Of a DNA stretch of 64,000 bases, positions 8,538 through 19,734 are shown piece by piece (the stretch's first letter is position 1; every line of letters starts with the position of its first letter). The stretch is taken from assembly GCA_041690295.1 (NCBI GenBank), contig JAWLHR010000003.1, forward strand, positions 128,001 to 192,000, written 5' to 3'. Made by a program: the position numbers and the translations under genes. Origin of the DNA: Bdellovibrionales bacterium (lineage in GTDB: Bacteria > Bdellovibrionota > Bdellovibrionia > Bdellovibrionales > UBA1609). Under the pieces are notes generated by a model, which worked only from the letters and a program-made list of their open reading frames with translations, had not been told where the DNA came from and ran no database searches.

Positions 8538-11135
8538 ATGTACAAGAAATATCAACTCAAAAACGGCATGAAAGTGATTCTGGTGGAAAGCCACAAGAGC
8601 CCGGTGCTCTCCATCCAAATGTGGGTCAAGACCGGAAGTGCCGACGAAAAGAAGGGCGAAGAAGGCATCAGCCATTTTATTGAACACCTGGTGTTTAAAG
8701 GCTCCCGCCGCTTCAAGGTGGGTGAAATCGCCGCCACCGTCGAGGCCGCCGGCGGCGAATTGAACGCCTATACCTCCTTTGATCAGACGGTGTTCCACGT
8801 GACCATTTCCCGGGAATATCAGCATGTGGGACTGGAAGTGATTTCTGAAATGATGGGCCACCCGCTCTTTGACGAAAATGAAATCAACAATGAACGTGAA
8901 GTCGTCATTGAGGAGATCAAACGATCGGCGGATAGTCCCCACCGGCAGGCGAGCCGGCTTTTGTTTTCCACGGTTTATAAGAAACATCCTTATGGCACGC
9001 CGGTGATCGGTTACAGTGAGAACATCAAGACCGTCACCAGGGAAAAACTCACGAAATACTACCGGTCACGATACACGCCCAAGAACATGACATTGGTCGT
9101 GGCGGGTGATTTCAACGCCAAGGAACTGCGAAAAGATATCGATCGGCTGTTCGGGGGTTTTCCGAAAACCGATCTTCGCGTCGTGAAACGAGTCACCGTC
9201 CGTCCCGCCAAAACCGGATCGGTCGTGGTGGAAAAAGCCCCGTTCGCTGAGACCATCGTACACCTCGCGTTTCCCATCCCACCCGCCGTTCACAAAGACA
9301 TCGCGGCCATCGAGGTCTTCGCGCTGATTTTGGGTCAGGGAGACAGCTCCCGCCTGAACGTCAAACTGCGCTTGCAAGAGCACCTCGTGAATTATGTCGG
9401 CGCCAGCGTGTTCACCGCCCGCGACCCGGGTTTTTTGGCGATTTCAATGTCCTTGAGCGAGGAGAACATCAAGCCCGCGCTCGAGGCATTGGGTAAAGAA
9501 CTCGTGCGGGCCGTCACTGAACCATCCACTCAGGACGAAGTCAAAAAGGCGCTGACCAATCTAGCCTCTGAACAATTTTATCATCAGGAAACTGTCGACG
9601 GATTGGCGCGAACGTACGGCCACTTCCAGGATCTCTTCAATAACCCCGGACATTTTACGAAGTTCATCAATCAGGCGTCGAAGTTGACGGGGCGGGATAT
9701 TCTGCGGATCGGCCGCAAGTATCTGGACACTTCGGGATTTTCCATCGTCATGATGACACCCGCCGACCGGGATAAAATCGAACCCTTGGTTCAGAAGTGG
9801 AGCAAAGAGTTCCGCGCCGAAATTAAAAAAAGCAAACCAATGAGGTCCGCCAAATCGGGCCGCTCACGCAAACCGGTGTCTTTCTTAATCAAACGCCCAT
9901 CTCGCGAGGCACCGCAGGTGGAAAAATGGGATTTGCCCAATGGGATCACATTGATCACGCGGCCGAATTTCGACACGCCGGTGATCAGTCTTCGTTGCGC
10001 TTCGCTGGGAGGATCGCGCCTGGAAACTCGCGAAACCCAGGGAGCGACGGAACTTCTCTCGCGAGTATGGATCGCCGGCTGCGGCGATTTGAGCGAACGG
10101 GAAGTGAATCAGCGAATTGATGAATACGCCGCGAGTTTGAACGCTTTCGGCGGCCGCAATTCACTTGGGCTTTCGATGACATGCCTGAAGCCGTTCTTCG
10201 ATGACATGGCTCAGTTGTACTTTTTGGCGCTGACAGATCCGCAGTTCGAAATCAGCGCGGTCAATCGCGAGATTAAGGCCATGCAGGAGCACGTCAAACT
10301 AAGGCAGGACAATCCCGCCCAGCTTTGCATTCTGGAATTCATGAAGGGAATGTTTCCCGGCCATCCCTACGGACGCGACCCTTATGGCGACATGAAATCC
10401 ATCGGCCGGTTGAATCAAACCAGTGTGCGCCACATGTTCCGCAACAAGAGCGGATTATGTTTGGTGGCCTCGGGCGCCTTTGACCCCAAGAAACTGGTTA
10501 AAACCGTTGAAGAGCGGTTGGGTGATTTAAACCCGGGCCCGTTGGAGTTGCGTAAGATTCCGTTTCAATATCCCCACGAGGAGACACGGCTTTTTCAGCA
10601 GTCTGAAAAACAGCAAAGCCATATCGTGATCGGCCACCCGGGTTTAAGTATCACCGATCCGGACCGGTACACCTTGACGGTGATGCAGGCGATTTTGGCC
10701 GGGCAGGGCGGCCGACTGTTCATTGAGCTGCGGGATAAGGCCTCATTGGCGTATACGGTCGCGCCGCTCAGAATGGAGGGCCTGGAGGGCGGCTACTTTG
10801 GCGCCTATATCGGGTGCTCACCGGAAAAAAGTGAAACCGCCTTTCGCATGTTAAGAGAGGAATTCGATAAACTTCGGCAAACGCCCGTGCGCGATGAGGA
10901 AGTCACGCGGGCGCAACGGTACTTGATTGGAAAGCACGACATCGAACTTCAGCGCAATTCCAATCTGACATCGGGAATTTTGTTCGACTTCATCTACGGC
11001 TTGGACCATACCGAAACCTTCCGCTTCGCCGAGAAAGTTCGCGCGGTCACTCCCGAGTCCATTCGGGACCTCGCTTCGCGGATTTTCGCGACACCGCCGG
11101 TGATCTCACTGGTGGGCCCGAGCGCGCCCTGGTGA
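8538..11135 (+). CDS. M16 (pitrilysin/insulinase) zinc protease, two-lobed
   Basis: HFIEH zinc motif, NAYTS; second lobe lacks HxxEH and has RLFIELRDKASLAY. Confidence 0.92.
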   Translation: MYKKYQLKNGMKVILVESHKSPVLSIQMWVKTGSADEKKGEEGISHFIEHLVFKGSRRFKVGEIAATVEAAGGELNAYTSFDQTVFHVTISREYQHVGLEVISEMMGHPLFDENEINNEREVVIEEIKRSADSPHRQASRLLFSTVYKKHPYGTPVIGYSENIKTVTREKLTKYYRSRYTPKNMTLVVAGDFNAKELRKDIDRLFGGFPKTDLRVVKRVTVRPAKTGSVVVEKAPFAETIVHLAFPIPPAVHKDIAAIEVFALILGQGDSSRLNVKLRLQEHLVNYVGASVFTARDPGFLAISMSLSEENIKPALEALGKELVRAVTEPSTQDEVKKALTNLASEQFYHQETVDGLARTYGHFQDLFNNPGHFTKFINQASKLTGRDILRIGRKYLDTSGFSIVMMTPADRDKIEPLVQKWSKEFRAEIKKSKPMRSAKSGRSRKPVSFLIKRPSREAPQVEKWDLPNGITLITRPNFDTPVISLRCASLGGSRLETRETQGATELLSRVWIAGCGDLSEREVNQRIDEYAASLNAFGGRNSLGLSMTCLKPFFDDMAQLYFLALTDPQFEISAVNREIKAMQEHVKLRQDNPAQLCILEFMKGMFPGHPYGRDPYGDMKSIGRLNQTSVRHMFRNKSGLCLVASGAFDPKKLVKTVEERLGDLNPGPLELRKIPFQYPHEETRLFQQSEKQQSHIVIGHPGLSITDPDRYTLTVMQAILAGQGGRLFIELRDKASLAYTVAPLRMEGLEGGYFGAYIGCSPEKSETAFRMLREEFDKLRQTPVRDEEVTRAQRYLIGKHDIELQRNSNLTSGILFDFIYGLDHTETFRFAEKVRAVTPESIRDLASRIFATPPVISLVGPSAPW

Positions 11136-11336
11136 AACAACTTTTATAAGCCTTGCTTATTTTTTGCATAATTTAAGGCCGTAAATTTTGAGACAGTCGG
11201 GTGTTAAATGCTCGTAGTTTATGGACCTTGGATGAAAAAAAAGCCTTCCCGGCGGGGAAATCCGTATTCTGCGCTAAAATGAAGGAAACAACCTCCGAAG
11301 TTTATAGAAGGAGTTTAATAGGAGGAGCGACTCAAA

Positions 11337-11960
11337 ATGAGTCAGGGTCTGAAGGATCAACAACCTATTTTATTCGCTTCACCCAGGGACTTCTTCCAGG
11401 ACCGCGTTGAGACAGCCATCAAACGCGTTAAATTTCGACCCATGCCGCTGTCGCGGGCTTATCTCGTCGATCTGCTCGAGCACTTCATGTTCGCGAAGAA
11501 TCTTTTTGTCGAGGACGCCGACGGAAAACTCCGCCGTGAAACATTGGCTGAAATCTATCTTCGGGCGCAAAATTCACCGTTGGGTGTACGCTTGGACCTT
11601 TTGAAGCGATTGGGAGACAGCAGTCTTTATATCTGCGGTTTCTTCGGTGACTCTCTGAGCCGATCGTTGGTGGACATGGATTATTACGTTGGTATGGGTG
11701 GAACCGCTTATGGGGCCTTATCATCCACCGCGGCGGATGAAGACACCTCTCAAATGTACAAGGAATTCTCCAGCCACTTCGCCGAATTCGTGGACGTCTT
11801 GACCTACATCAGCCAGGACGCCCAGGTGCAAACCAATTCCGACCTTCTTAAACTCTATGACCGTTACATCGCCACGGGCTCACGACTGGCTGAGGAGCAG
11901 TTGGCCGAACGCGGTCTTTTGAACCCGGATCTGCAAAAAACCAAGAACCGCAAGATGTGA
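11337..11960 (+). CDS. Conserved-looking hypothetical protein
   Basis: SD AGGAGG; LKRLGDSSLYICGFFGDSL...DYYVGMGGTAY; upstream of tatBC. Confidence 0.75.
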   Translation: MSQGLKDQQPILFASPRDFFQDRVETAIKRVKFRPMPLSRAYLVDLLEHFMFAKNLFVEDADGKLRRETLAEIYLRAQNSPLGVRLDLLKRLGDSSLYICGFFGDSLSRSLVDMDYYVGMGGTAYGALSSTAADEDTSQMYKEFSSHFAEFVDVLTYISQDAQVQTNSDLLKLYDRYIATGSRLAEEQLAERGLLNPDLQKTKNRKM

Positions 11961-12003
11961 GACCTGGATGGACAGACTCTGAGTCCGGGTGTACTTTTGA
12001 GTC

Positions 12004-12354
12004 ATGTTCAATCTTGGCTTTACCGAGCTCCTCGTATTGGGTGCGATCGCGTTGATATTCATCGGGCCTAAACAATTGCCTGAATTGGCGCGAACCGTGG
12101 GTCGCCTCTTAAATGAATTCAAACGCGCGACCGCCGACTTCCAATCGTCGATCACGGGTGAGTTCACCGATGATTTGAGGAATAGGATCGAAACTTCCCG
12201 CCGGCCCCCTGAACCCGTCGAGCTGGCGGCGGTGGAGGAGGAGGAAGAGCCGGTCACACCTCATCATGAATTTGGACCGGAAGCGATCACCACACCAATG
12301 GATCAACCCAAAGACGAAGCGAAAGATGACGGAGAAGGAACGAATGAATCCTGA
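12004..12354 (+). CDS. tatB: Twin-arginine translocase TatB/TatA subunit
   Basis: MFNLGFTELLVLGAIALIFIGPKQLPELARTVG, acidic tail. Confidence 0.85.
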   Translation: MFNLGFTELLVLGAIALIFIGPKQLPELARTVGRLLNEFKRATADFQSSITGEFTDDLRNRIETSRRPPEPVELAAVEEEEEPVTPHHEFGPEAITTPMDQPKDEAKDDGEGTNES

Positions 12355-13093
12355 AGATTCGAACATGTCCTTGATCGATCATCTCACGGAGCTTCGCTAT
12401 CGTTTGGTCAAAGCGTTGCAAGGGATCGTCTTGGGAATGGCGGTCTGCATCTATTATTCAACGGAACTGTTCGCCATCATCCGTAAACCCATTCTTCCTT
12501 ACCTCGGTGAAACCGGAGGTTTGGTCTTCACCGGAGTCATGGATAAATTCATGGCTCACTTGAAGGTGGGAGCTTTGGGCGGGCTCATTTTGACTTGTCC
12601 CTATTGGCTTTATCACCTGTGGCAATTCATCTCACCCGGACTCTATAAAAACGAGCGCCGCTATGCCGCCGCCTTTATCGTGTGCGGCACGATTTTATTT
12701 TTAAGCGGCGTGGCCTTTGTCTATTACTTCGTCTACCCGACCGCGTTTGAATACTTGCTGAATTTCGGCGGAGATGTCGATAAACCGATGATCACAATCG
12801 GTGATTACTTGGGCTTTTTCGCCATGACCACGATCTTATTCGGAGTTTCTTTTGAACTTCCGCTGGTCTTGATCGTATTGGCGTTGATGGGAATTATCGA
12901 TGCCGGTTTTTTGAAGAAAAACCGTCGCTACGCCGTGGTTTTTCTCGCCTTTGTGTCAGCTTTACTCACACCGCCGGACGTAATCAGCATGGTGATGATG
13001 TTGGGGCCGATGATGCTATTGTACGAAGGCTCGATCTGGATCATTCAATTCCTTGTGCGTAAACGGCAGCAGAATTTGCCGACCATCAGGTAG
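12344..13093 (+). CDS. tatC: Twin-arginine translocase TatC
   Basis: HLTELRYRL, FISPGLYKNE, FELP, LTPPD. Confidence 0.95.
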   Translation: MNPEDSNMSLIDHLTELRYRLVKALQGIVLGMAVCIYYSTELFAIIRKPILPYLGETGGLVFTGVMDKFMAHLKVGALGGLILTCPYWLYHLWQFISPGLYKNERRYAAAFIVCGTILFLSGVAFVYYFVYPTAFEYLLNFGGDVDKPMITIGDYLGFFAMTTILFGVSFELPLVLIVLALMGIIDAGFLKKNRRYAVVFLAFVSALLTPPDVISMVMMLGPMMLLYEGSIWIIQFLVRKRQQNLPTIR

Positions 13094-13142
13094 GCCGTTC
13101 CTTTTCAGGATGCCGTGCATCCTGAAAAGGAACGGCCTACCT
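13088..13142. repeat. Perfect 26-bp inverted repeat with 3-nt loop between convergent genes (REP-like element or bidirectional terminator)
   Basis: AGGTAGGCCGTTCCTTTTCAGGATGC-cgt-GCATCCTGAAAAGGAACGGCCTACCT. Confidence 0.85.
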
Positions 13143-13143
13143 T

Positions 13144-14724
13144 TTACAGGGTGATGGATTCTTTGTGGAGTCCGAACACTTTGCGGAGTTCTTCGGCGAT
13201 TTCGCCCAAGGTGACATGATTCTCAACGGCTTCGATGAACACCGGCATCAGGTTTTCGGTACCTGAGGCGGCATTGCGGATTTTTTCTAATTGCGCGGCG
13301 ATTTTAGCCGGATCCCTTTTGGCTTTGAATTTCTTTAATCGCTCGATTTGTTCGAGCGCAATGTCCTCGGAAATTTTTAAGCCGCCGCCGTTTTGCGCTT
13401 CATCTTCATTGATGAACTCATTCACGCCGACCACGATTTCCCGTTTGCTTTCGAGGTCTTTTTGAAACTGATAAGCGGCGTTTTGAATTTCGTTCTGGAT
13501 CCAACCCGACTCGATGCAGGCGATAACACCGCCGAGGCCTTCGATGCGCTCGATGTATTCGAGCGCCCGTTTTTCGATTTCATCGGTGAGTTCTTCAAGC
13601 AGGAAAGATCCCCCGACCGGATCCACGACATCGGCGACACCGGTCTCATGAGCGATGATCTGTTGCGTGCGAAGAGCGATCGTCGCCGACTTCTCGGTGG
13701 GCAAGCCCAGAGCTTCATCCATGGAATTAGTGTGCAAACTTTGTGTTCCCCCGAGAACCGCGGCAAGTGCCTGAAGCGCCACCCGCACGATATTGTTCTC
13801 GGGCTGTTGCGCGGTCAGCGTCGAACCCGCTGTTTGCGAGTGAAAGCGAAGTTTCATCGCGCTGGGATCAGTGGCGCCGAAGCGCTCTTTCATAAAGCGC
13901 GCCCACATGCGGCGGGCGGCGCGGAACTTGGCGATCTCTTCAAAGAAGTTGTTGTGCACGTTGAAAAAGAAACTAAGCCGTCGACCGAATTCGTCCACAT
14001 TCAATCCGCGATCCACGGCCGCTTGCACATAGGTCAAGCCGTTCGCCAGCGTAAACGCCACTTCCTGAACCGCCGTCGATCCGGCTTCGCGGATGTGGTA
14101 ACCGGAAATGGAAATCGTGTTCCAGCCGGGAACGTTCTCCGTACAGAACTTGAAAATGTCGGTAATGATGCGAAGACTGGGCTTGGGCGGATAAATGTAA
14201 GTGCCGCGCGCGATGTACTCTTTCAGCAAATCGTTTTGCACGGTTCCCTTGAGGCTCGCAATGGGTACGCCGCGCTTTTTTGCCACCGCAATATAAAGAG
14301 CGAGCAAAATGCCGGCGGTGGAATTGATGGTCATCGAAGTTGAGATGGTTTCCAAAGGAAGGCCATCGAGCAGAATTTCCATGTCTTCCAATGATGAAAT
14401 GGCCACGCCGACTTTACCCACTTCGCCGGTGGCCATGATGTGATCGGAGTCGTAGCCCATTTGGGTGGGCAAATCGAACGCCACGCTGAGGCCGGTCGTC
14501 CCGCGCTCCAACAGCATCTTGTAGCGCGCGTTGCTCTCACGGGCGGAGCCGAAGCCGGCATATTGCCGCATGGTCCACAAGCGGCCGCGATACATTGTTT
14601 CCTGAACGCCGCGCAGGAACGGATAAACGCCGGGCTCACCGAGCTTTTCCGCCCCGTAAACCCGTTTCAGTTCGATGTTCGATGAAGTTTTAAATTGCGG
14701 TTTTCGTTCTTTTAACGGCTTCAT
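13144..14724 (-). CDS. Methylmalonyl-CoA mutase, catalytic (large) subunit without B12-binding domain
   Basis: [39 protein letters not shown]; no DxHxxG. Confidence 0.92.
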   Translation of the reverse strand: MKPLKERKPQFKTSSNIELKRVYGAEKLGEPGVYPFLRGVQETMYRGRLWTMRQYAGFGSARESNARYKMLLERGTTGLSVAFDLPTQMGYDSDHIMATGEVGKVGVAISSLEDMEILLDGLPLETISTSMTINSTAGILLALYIAVAKKRGVPIASLKGTVQNDLLKEYIARGTYIYPPKPSLRIITDIFKFCTENVPGWNTISISGYHIREAGSTAVQEVAFTLANGLTYVQAAVDRGLNVDEFGRRLSFFFNVHNNFFEEIAKFRAARRMWARFMKERFGATDPSAMKLRFHSQTAGSTLTAQQPENNIVRVALQALAAVLGGTQSLHTNSMDEALGLPTEKSATIALRTQQIIAHETGVADVVDPVGGSFLLEELTDEIEKRALEYIERIEGLGGVIACIESGWIQNEIQNAAYQFQKDLESKREIVVGVNEFINEDEAQNGGGLKISEDIALEQIERLKKFKAKRDPAKIAAQLEKIRNAASGTENLMPVFIEAVENHVTLGEIAEELRKVFGLHKESITL

Positions 14725-15251
14725 TACGATTGCGCGAAGGTCACCAGTGTCGCGCCGGACTCCACGTTTTCACCTTCCTTAACTAGAACCTCTTTGATTT
14801 TCACATCCGAAGCGGCGCGCATTTCATTTTCCATCTTCATGGCTTCCATAATCAAAATGGGATCGCCGGCCTTCAATTCATCTCCCGGTTTAACAAGAAT
14901 CTTAACGATTTTGCCAGGCATTCCGGATGTGAGGTTCGAGCCTCCGCCCATTCCACCGCCGGATTTGAGGCTTTCGTGTAATAACGCTTCCTCGTTGTAA
15001 ATTTTGAACACCCGATGGGCGCCGCGTGTATAAACCGTGTATTCGGTGCCCCGGTTCAACACGTCCACGAGGTAGGAGCTGTCTTTGTACAAAAAGCTGA
15101 TGGTTTCATCGAGGTAACGGTAATCCTCTTTTCGGATGTCGTGGTAAACCCAGTCCTTGTCGCCCTCACGCGTGCCAACACGCCAATGGGTTTTGGATTC
15201 CGTCACAGAGACCTGATAATGAACGCCTTCGGATTCAGCTTCGAAAAACAT
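14724..15251 (-). CDS. Biotin carboxyl carrier subunit of acyl-CoA carboxylase
   Basis: MPGKI...EAMKMENE biotinylation motif; start MFFEAE overlaps the upstream stop. Confidence 0.9.
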   Translation of the reverse strand: MFFEAESEGVHYQVSVTESKTHWRVGTREGDKDWVYHDIRKEDYRYLDETISFLYKDSSYLVDVLNRGTEYTVYTRGAHRVFKIYNEEALLHESLKSGGGMGGGSNLTSGMPGKIVKILVKPGDELKAGDPILIMEAMKMENEMRAASDVKIKEVLVKEGENVESGATLVTFAQS

Positions 15252-16756
15252 TACAAGTTCCTCATTGCTTTCTGCCGGCCGTAATTTTTCCACTTACTGG
15301 CCAGATTGTAATCGCTGACATCCCGCGATTTCGCCTGGTTGTACGCTTCAATCGCGGCGGAAATTAAGAAAACATCGTCATCCACGAACATGAAAAGCTC
15401 GCGATGTTTTTTGCCCGCGATCTGCTGGTCAATAAATTGTGTGGTGTAAGAGCCGTCCAGGAACGAAGGATGAACAAGGATGTTTTTATGGAGCACGATA
15501 TTGCTTTTGATACCGGTCAACATGTATTCGGCCAGCGCCCGTTGGGCCCGCTGAATACATTCTTCCCGGTTGGATCCCCAAACGATCAGCTTGGCGATCA
15601 TGGGGTCGTAATAAATCGGCACTTCGTAACCCGGATAAGCGCAATTATCGAGCCGTACGAACGGTCCTTGCGGTGTTCGGTGCTTAAGAATTTTTCCCGG
15701 ACTGGGCGTGAACGACACCGGATCCTCGGCGCAGATACGGAGCTCAATGGAGTGTCCGCGCAGTTTGATGTCCGACTGTTTGAACGAAAGCGGATGGCCC
15801 GCGGCCACCATAATCTGTTCTTTGACCAAATCCAGGCCGGTCACCTGCTCGGTCACCGGATGTTCCACCTGCAACCGAGTGTTCATTTCCATAAAGAAAA
15901 ATTCTTTGGTCTTGTTGTCGAAAATGAACTCGATGGTTCCCGCGCCGACATACTGGATCGACTTGGCGGCGCGAACCGCGACTTCGCCCAGTTTTTCCCG
16001 AACTTCCGGCGGCACCGAAATCGATGGTGATTCTTCAATCAGTTTTTGATGCCGGCGCTGCATGGAGCATTCGCGCTCGTACAAGTGAACCACGTTGCCA
16101 TGAGTGTCGCCGAACACTTGAACCTCAATGTGTTTCGGGTTCTGCACGAAGCGTTCAATGAACACGCGATCGTCTTTGAAGTAGTTTTTGCCTTCGGACT
16201 GACAAGCGCGGAACGCGCTGGGCAAATCGGCGGGATCATGCACCACCCGGATCCCTTTGCCTCCGCCGCCGGCCGAAGCTTTTAAGATCACCGGATAGCC
16301 GATGCGCTGCGCTTCTTTAACCGCTTGATCCGCGTCGGCCACCGCGCCGTCGCTTCCCGGAACCGTGGGGACTCCGGCTTTCTTCATCAATTCCCGCGAG
16401 GCGAGCTTATCACCCATCGCGAGGATGTTTTCGACCGTAGGTCCGATGAAAGTTAAACCAGCCTCTTTGACCGCTTTAGCGAAGGCCGGCGATTCACTCA
16501 AAAACCCGTATCCAGGGTGAATGGCATCCGCGCCGGATTTTTTGGCGATCTCAAGAATCTTTTCGATGTTCAAATAGGACTGAGCACTGGGTGAAGGACC
16601 GATATGGTAGGCTTCGTCGGCCAACATAACATGCATTCCGTTTCGGTCCGCATCGGAATAGACCGCGACCGAAGTGATCCCAAGTTCACGCAATGTGCGT
16701 GTCACCCGGATCGCGATTTCGCCACGATTGGCGATGAGAATTTTTTTAAACATCAT
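15251..16756 (-). CDS. Acetyl/propionyl-CoA carboxylase biotin carboxylase subunit
   Basis: ILIANRGEIA, HPGYGFLSE, GGGGKG, EMNTRLQVEH. Confidence 0.93.
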   Translation of the reverse strand: MMFKKILIANRGEIAIRVTRTLRELGITSVAVYSDADRNGMHVMLADEAYHIGPSPSAQSYLNIEKILEIAKKSGADAIHPGYGFLSESPAFAKAVKEAGLTFIGPTVENILAMGDKLASRELMKKAGVPTVPGSDGAVADADQAVKEAQRIGYPVILKASAGGGGKGIRVVHDPADLPSAFRACQSEGKNYFKDDRVFIERFVQNPKHIEVQVFGDTHGNVVHLYERECSMQRRHQKLIEESPSISVPPEVREKLGEVAVRAAKSIQYVGAGTIEFIFDNKTKEFFFMEMNTRLQVEHPVTEQVTGLDLVKEQIMVAAGHPLSFKQSDIKLRGHSIELRICAEDPVSFTPSPGKILKHRTPQGPFVRLDNCAYPGYEVPIYYDPMIAKLIVWGSNREECIQRAQRALAEYMLTGIKSNIVLHKNILVHPSFLDGSYTTQFIDQQIAGKKHRELFMFVDDDVFLISAAIEAYNQAKSRDVSDYNLASKWKNYGRQKAMRNL

Positions 16757-16763
16757 CCGTCCT

Positions 16764-18332
16764 TTATAGCGGGATGTTCCCGTGTTTCTTGGGTGGGTTC
16801 GTGTCCCGTTTGTTCTTCAACATTTCCAACGAATCAATCAGGCGCTTGCGCGTGGTCGCGGGCTCGATGATTTCATCGATGTAACCGACCTCCGCCGCGA
16901 CGTACGGATTGGCGAACTTGGCTTCGTAATCACGAGTCAGCCGCGCCCGTTCGGCCGCGGGATCCTTCGCGTTGGCGATGGCTGAGCGGAATATAATGTT
17001 CACCGCTCCCTCCGCGCCCATGACCGCGATTTCCGCCGTGGGGTAAGCCAAGTTGATGTCACCGCGCAGGTGTTTTGACGACATCACGTCATAAGCGCCG
17101 CCATAGGCCTTACGGGTAATGATGGTGATCTTCGGTACGGTGGCCTCGGCATAGGCATACATTAATTTGGCGCCGTGAGTGATGATGCCGTTCCATTCCT
17201 GATCCGTTCCCGGCAAGAATCCCGGAACGTCCACGAAAGTCACGATCGGAATATTGAACGCATCACAGAATCGGATGAACCGGGCCGCTTTAATGCTGGC
17301 CTCGATATTCAAGCAACCGGCCAAAACTTGCGGCTGATTGGCCACGATGCCGACCGGCCGGCCGTTCAAGCGGGCAAAGCCCACGACGATATTTTGCGCG
17401 TACGCCTTGTGAACTTCGAGAAAATAACCCTCATCGACGACTTTCGTGATGAGTTGGACCATGTCGTAAGGCTTTTTCGAACTGTCAGGAATAAATGTAT
17501 TCAGTGATTCCTCGATGCGGTCCGGGCGGTCCTTGGTGGGAAGAATCGGCGGATCGTCGAGATTGTTGGACGGCAGAAAATTCAACAGTTCGCGAATCAT
17601 CAACAGACAGTGGCGATCATCTTCGGTGGCGAAATGAGCCACACCGGATTTGGTGGCGTGAGTGACGGCGCCGCCCAGTTCTTCCTTCGTCACTTCTTCG
17701 TGAGTCACGGCCTTGATCACGTCGGGTCCGGTGACGAACATGTAGGACGTGTTTTTCACCATGAATATGAAGTCGGTGAGCGATGGGCTGTAAACCGCGC
17801 CGCCCGCGCACGGACCCATGATGGCCGAAATTTGCGGGACCACCCCGGAACTCGTGACGTTCCGAAGGAAGATATCAGCATAACCGCCAAGCGCTTCCAC
17901 GCCTTCTTGAATGCGGGCGCCACCCGAGTCATTCAATCCGATGATCGGCGCGCCGTTTTTCACGGCCAGATCCATGATTTTGATGATTTTGTTGGCCTGC
18001 GTGCGCGACATGGAGCCGCCGAAAACGGTGAAATCCTGCGAGTAGACGTAAACAATTTTACCGTTCACCCGGCCGTAGCCCGTGATCACGCCGTCGCCGG
18101 CGATCTTCTGTTCACCCATTCCGAAATTACTGCAGCGGTGGGTGACGAAACGGTCGATTTCAACAAAGCTTCCGGGATCAAGAAGCACGTCCAACCTTTC
18201 CCGCGCGGTCAAACGGCCGCCTTGTTTGTGTTTTGCGATCCGGTCCGGACCGCCGCCGACAAACGCGGCTTCGTTGCGACGCTCGAAATCTTGCAATTTC
18301 TCTTCGGTCGTATGTGGAATTTCAACGTCCAT
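16764..18332 (-). CDS. pccB: Propionyl-CoA carboxylase carboxyltransferase beta subunit
   Basis: [30 protein letters not shown]-terminal KKHGNIPL. Confidence 0.9.
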   Translation of the reverse strand: MDVEIPHTTEEKLQDFERRNEAAFVGGGPDRIAKHKQGGRLTARERLDVLLDPGSFVEIDRFVTHRCSNFGMGEQKIAGDGVITGYGRVNGKIVYVYSQDFTVFGGSMSRTQANKIIKIMDLAVKNGAPIIGLNDSGGARIQEGVEALGGYADIFLRNVTSSGVVPQISAIMGPCAGGAVYSPSLTDFIFMVKNTSYMFVTGPDVIKAVTHEEVTKEELGGAVTHATKSGVAHFATEDDRHCLLMIRELLNFLPSNNLDDPPILPTKDRPDRIEESLNTFIPDSSKKPYDMVQLITKVVDEGYFLEVHKAYAQNIVVGFARLNGRPVGIVANQPQVLAGCLNIEASIKAARFIRFCDAFNIPIVTFVDVPGFLPGTDQEWNGIITHGAKLMYAYAEATVPKITIITRKAYGGAYDVMSSKHLRGDINLAYPTAEIAVMGAEGAVNIIFRSAIANAKDPAAERARLTRDYEAKFANPYVAAEVGYIDEIIEPATTRKRLIDSLEMLKNKRDTNPPKKHGNIPL

Positions 18333-18353
18333 CGTGTCTCCTCGCATACCCGC

Positions 18354-19643
18354 TCACGGATAATTGCGGCCATAGAGCCGCGGAAATGGAATGGTCTCAC
18401 GGACATGCTGAATGCCGCAGATCCACGCTACGGTTCTTTCCACGCCAAGCCCGAAGCCCGCGTGTTTAAAAGTGCCGTACTTACGCAGATCCAAATACCA
18501 TTCAAAGTCTTTCAGATTGAGATTGTGCTCCTTAATCTTGCGCACCAAAGTGTCGTAGTCGTCTTCACGTTGTCCGCCGCCGATGATCTCACCGTATCCT
18601 TCGGTGGCCAAAAGATCGCAGCTCATGCTTGAGCCGGGCTCGTCGGGGTCTTCTTTCATGTAGAACGCTTTGACCGCCGCCGGATAGTGATGAACGAACA
18701 CCGGTTTATCGAATTTGGAGCTGACGATGGTTTCATCCGTACCGCCGAAGTCGTCACCGACTTTGAACGACGGATTTTCCTTAAGAATCAATTCAACGGC
18801 TTCCTTATAGTGCAAGCGGGGGAACGGCGCTTTGATTTTCTGAAGCGGTTCAACGTTGCGCTCAAGCGCTTTCAGCTCTTCCGCGCGGTTGGTGATCGTT
18901 CGCTGGACAATGTACTCAACGAACTGCTCGGCCAATTCCATATTGTCGTAAAGGTCATTGAACGCCACTTCGGGCTCAACCATCCAAAACTCGATCAAAT
19001 GCCGCCGTGTCTTGGATTTTTCCGCCCGGAACGTGGGGCCGAAACAATAAACTTTGCCGAAGGCGGCCGCCGTGGCTTCCATGTAAAGTTGGCCGCTTTG
19101 AGAGAGGTACGCCTTCTCATCAAAATACTGGGTTTGAAAGAGGGTTGAAGTTCCCTCACAGGCGTTCGGCGTAAAAATCGGAGCGTCGGTTAAAGTGAAT
19201 CCACGGCCGTCAAAGAAGTCACGGATGGCCTTAACCACTTCCGAACGAATACGGATGATCGCGTGTTGGCGCTTTGATCGCAGCCAGAGATGACGGTGGT
19301 TCAACAGGAAGTCCGGGCCATGTTCCTTGGGCGTGATGGGGTAATCCACGCTTCCCGACAAAATCGCCAGTTCGCGCGCGCTGATTTCAAACCCGCCGGG
19401 ACTTCGCGGCTCCGCTTTAACCACGCCGGTGACTTGAACACAGGACTCTTGAGTGAGTTTCTCAAACTCTTCAAAGGCTTTGTCTTCGCATTCACCACGA
19501 AAATAAACGCATTGGGTTATTCCGGTTCCATCTCTTAGAAGTAGGAATTTGATTTTTCCTGAAGAGCGGTGGTTATAAACCCAACCGTTCAATTGAACAG
19601 TTTGGCCAACGTGATCTTTCAGATCGGCAATGGTTACCCGCAT
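18354..19643 (-). CDS. asnS: Asparagine--tRNA ligase
   Basis: [28 protein letters not shown]; start at MRVTI. Confidence 0.93.
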   Translation of the reverse strand: MRVTIADLKDHVGQTVQLNGWVYNHRSSGKIKFLLLRDGTGITQCVYFRGECEDKAFEEFEKLTQESCVQVTGVVKAEPRSPGGFEISARELAILSGSVDYPITPKEHGPDFLLNHRHLWLRSKRQHAIIRIRSEVVKAIRDFFDGRGFTLTDAPIFTPNACEGTSTLFQTQYFDEKAYLSQSGQLYMEATAAAFGKVYCFGPTFRAEKSKTRRHLIEFWMVEPEVAFNDLYDNMELAEQFVEYIVQRTITNRAEELKALERNVEPLQKIKAPFPRLHYKEAVELILKENPSFKVGDDFGGTDETIVSSKFDKPVFVHHYPAAVKAFYMKEDPDEPGSSMSCDLLATEGYGEIIGGGQREDDYDTLVRKIKEHNLNLKDFEWYLDLRKYGTFKHAGFGLGVERTVAWICGIQHVRETIPFPRLYGRNYP

Positions 19644-19734
19644 AAAGCTCCGCAAATCGCCATTCAATATATGGAGAGAAATGGTCTAGCATGTCCCGGC
19701 GGGCCTTGGGAACTGGTGCAGGTAGCGCGCCGTG

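Noticed and set aside
13393..14343. Long antisense ORFs over housekeeping genes (also 17610-18632, 25569-26420, 34575-35324, 50499-51704)
   Set aside because: No recognisable motifs; explained by codon bias on the coding strand.
13144..14724. Mutase as a pseudogene because it lacks the B12-binding domain
   Set aside because: Split large/small-subunit mutases are well known and the catalytic domain appears intact.
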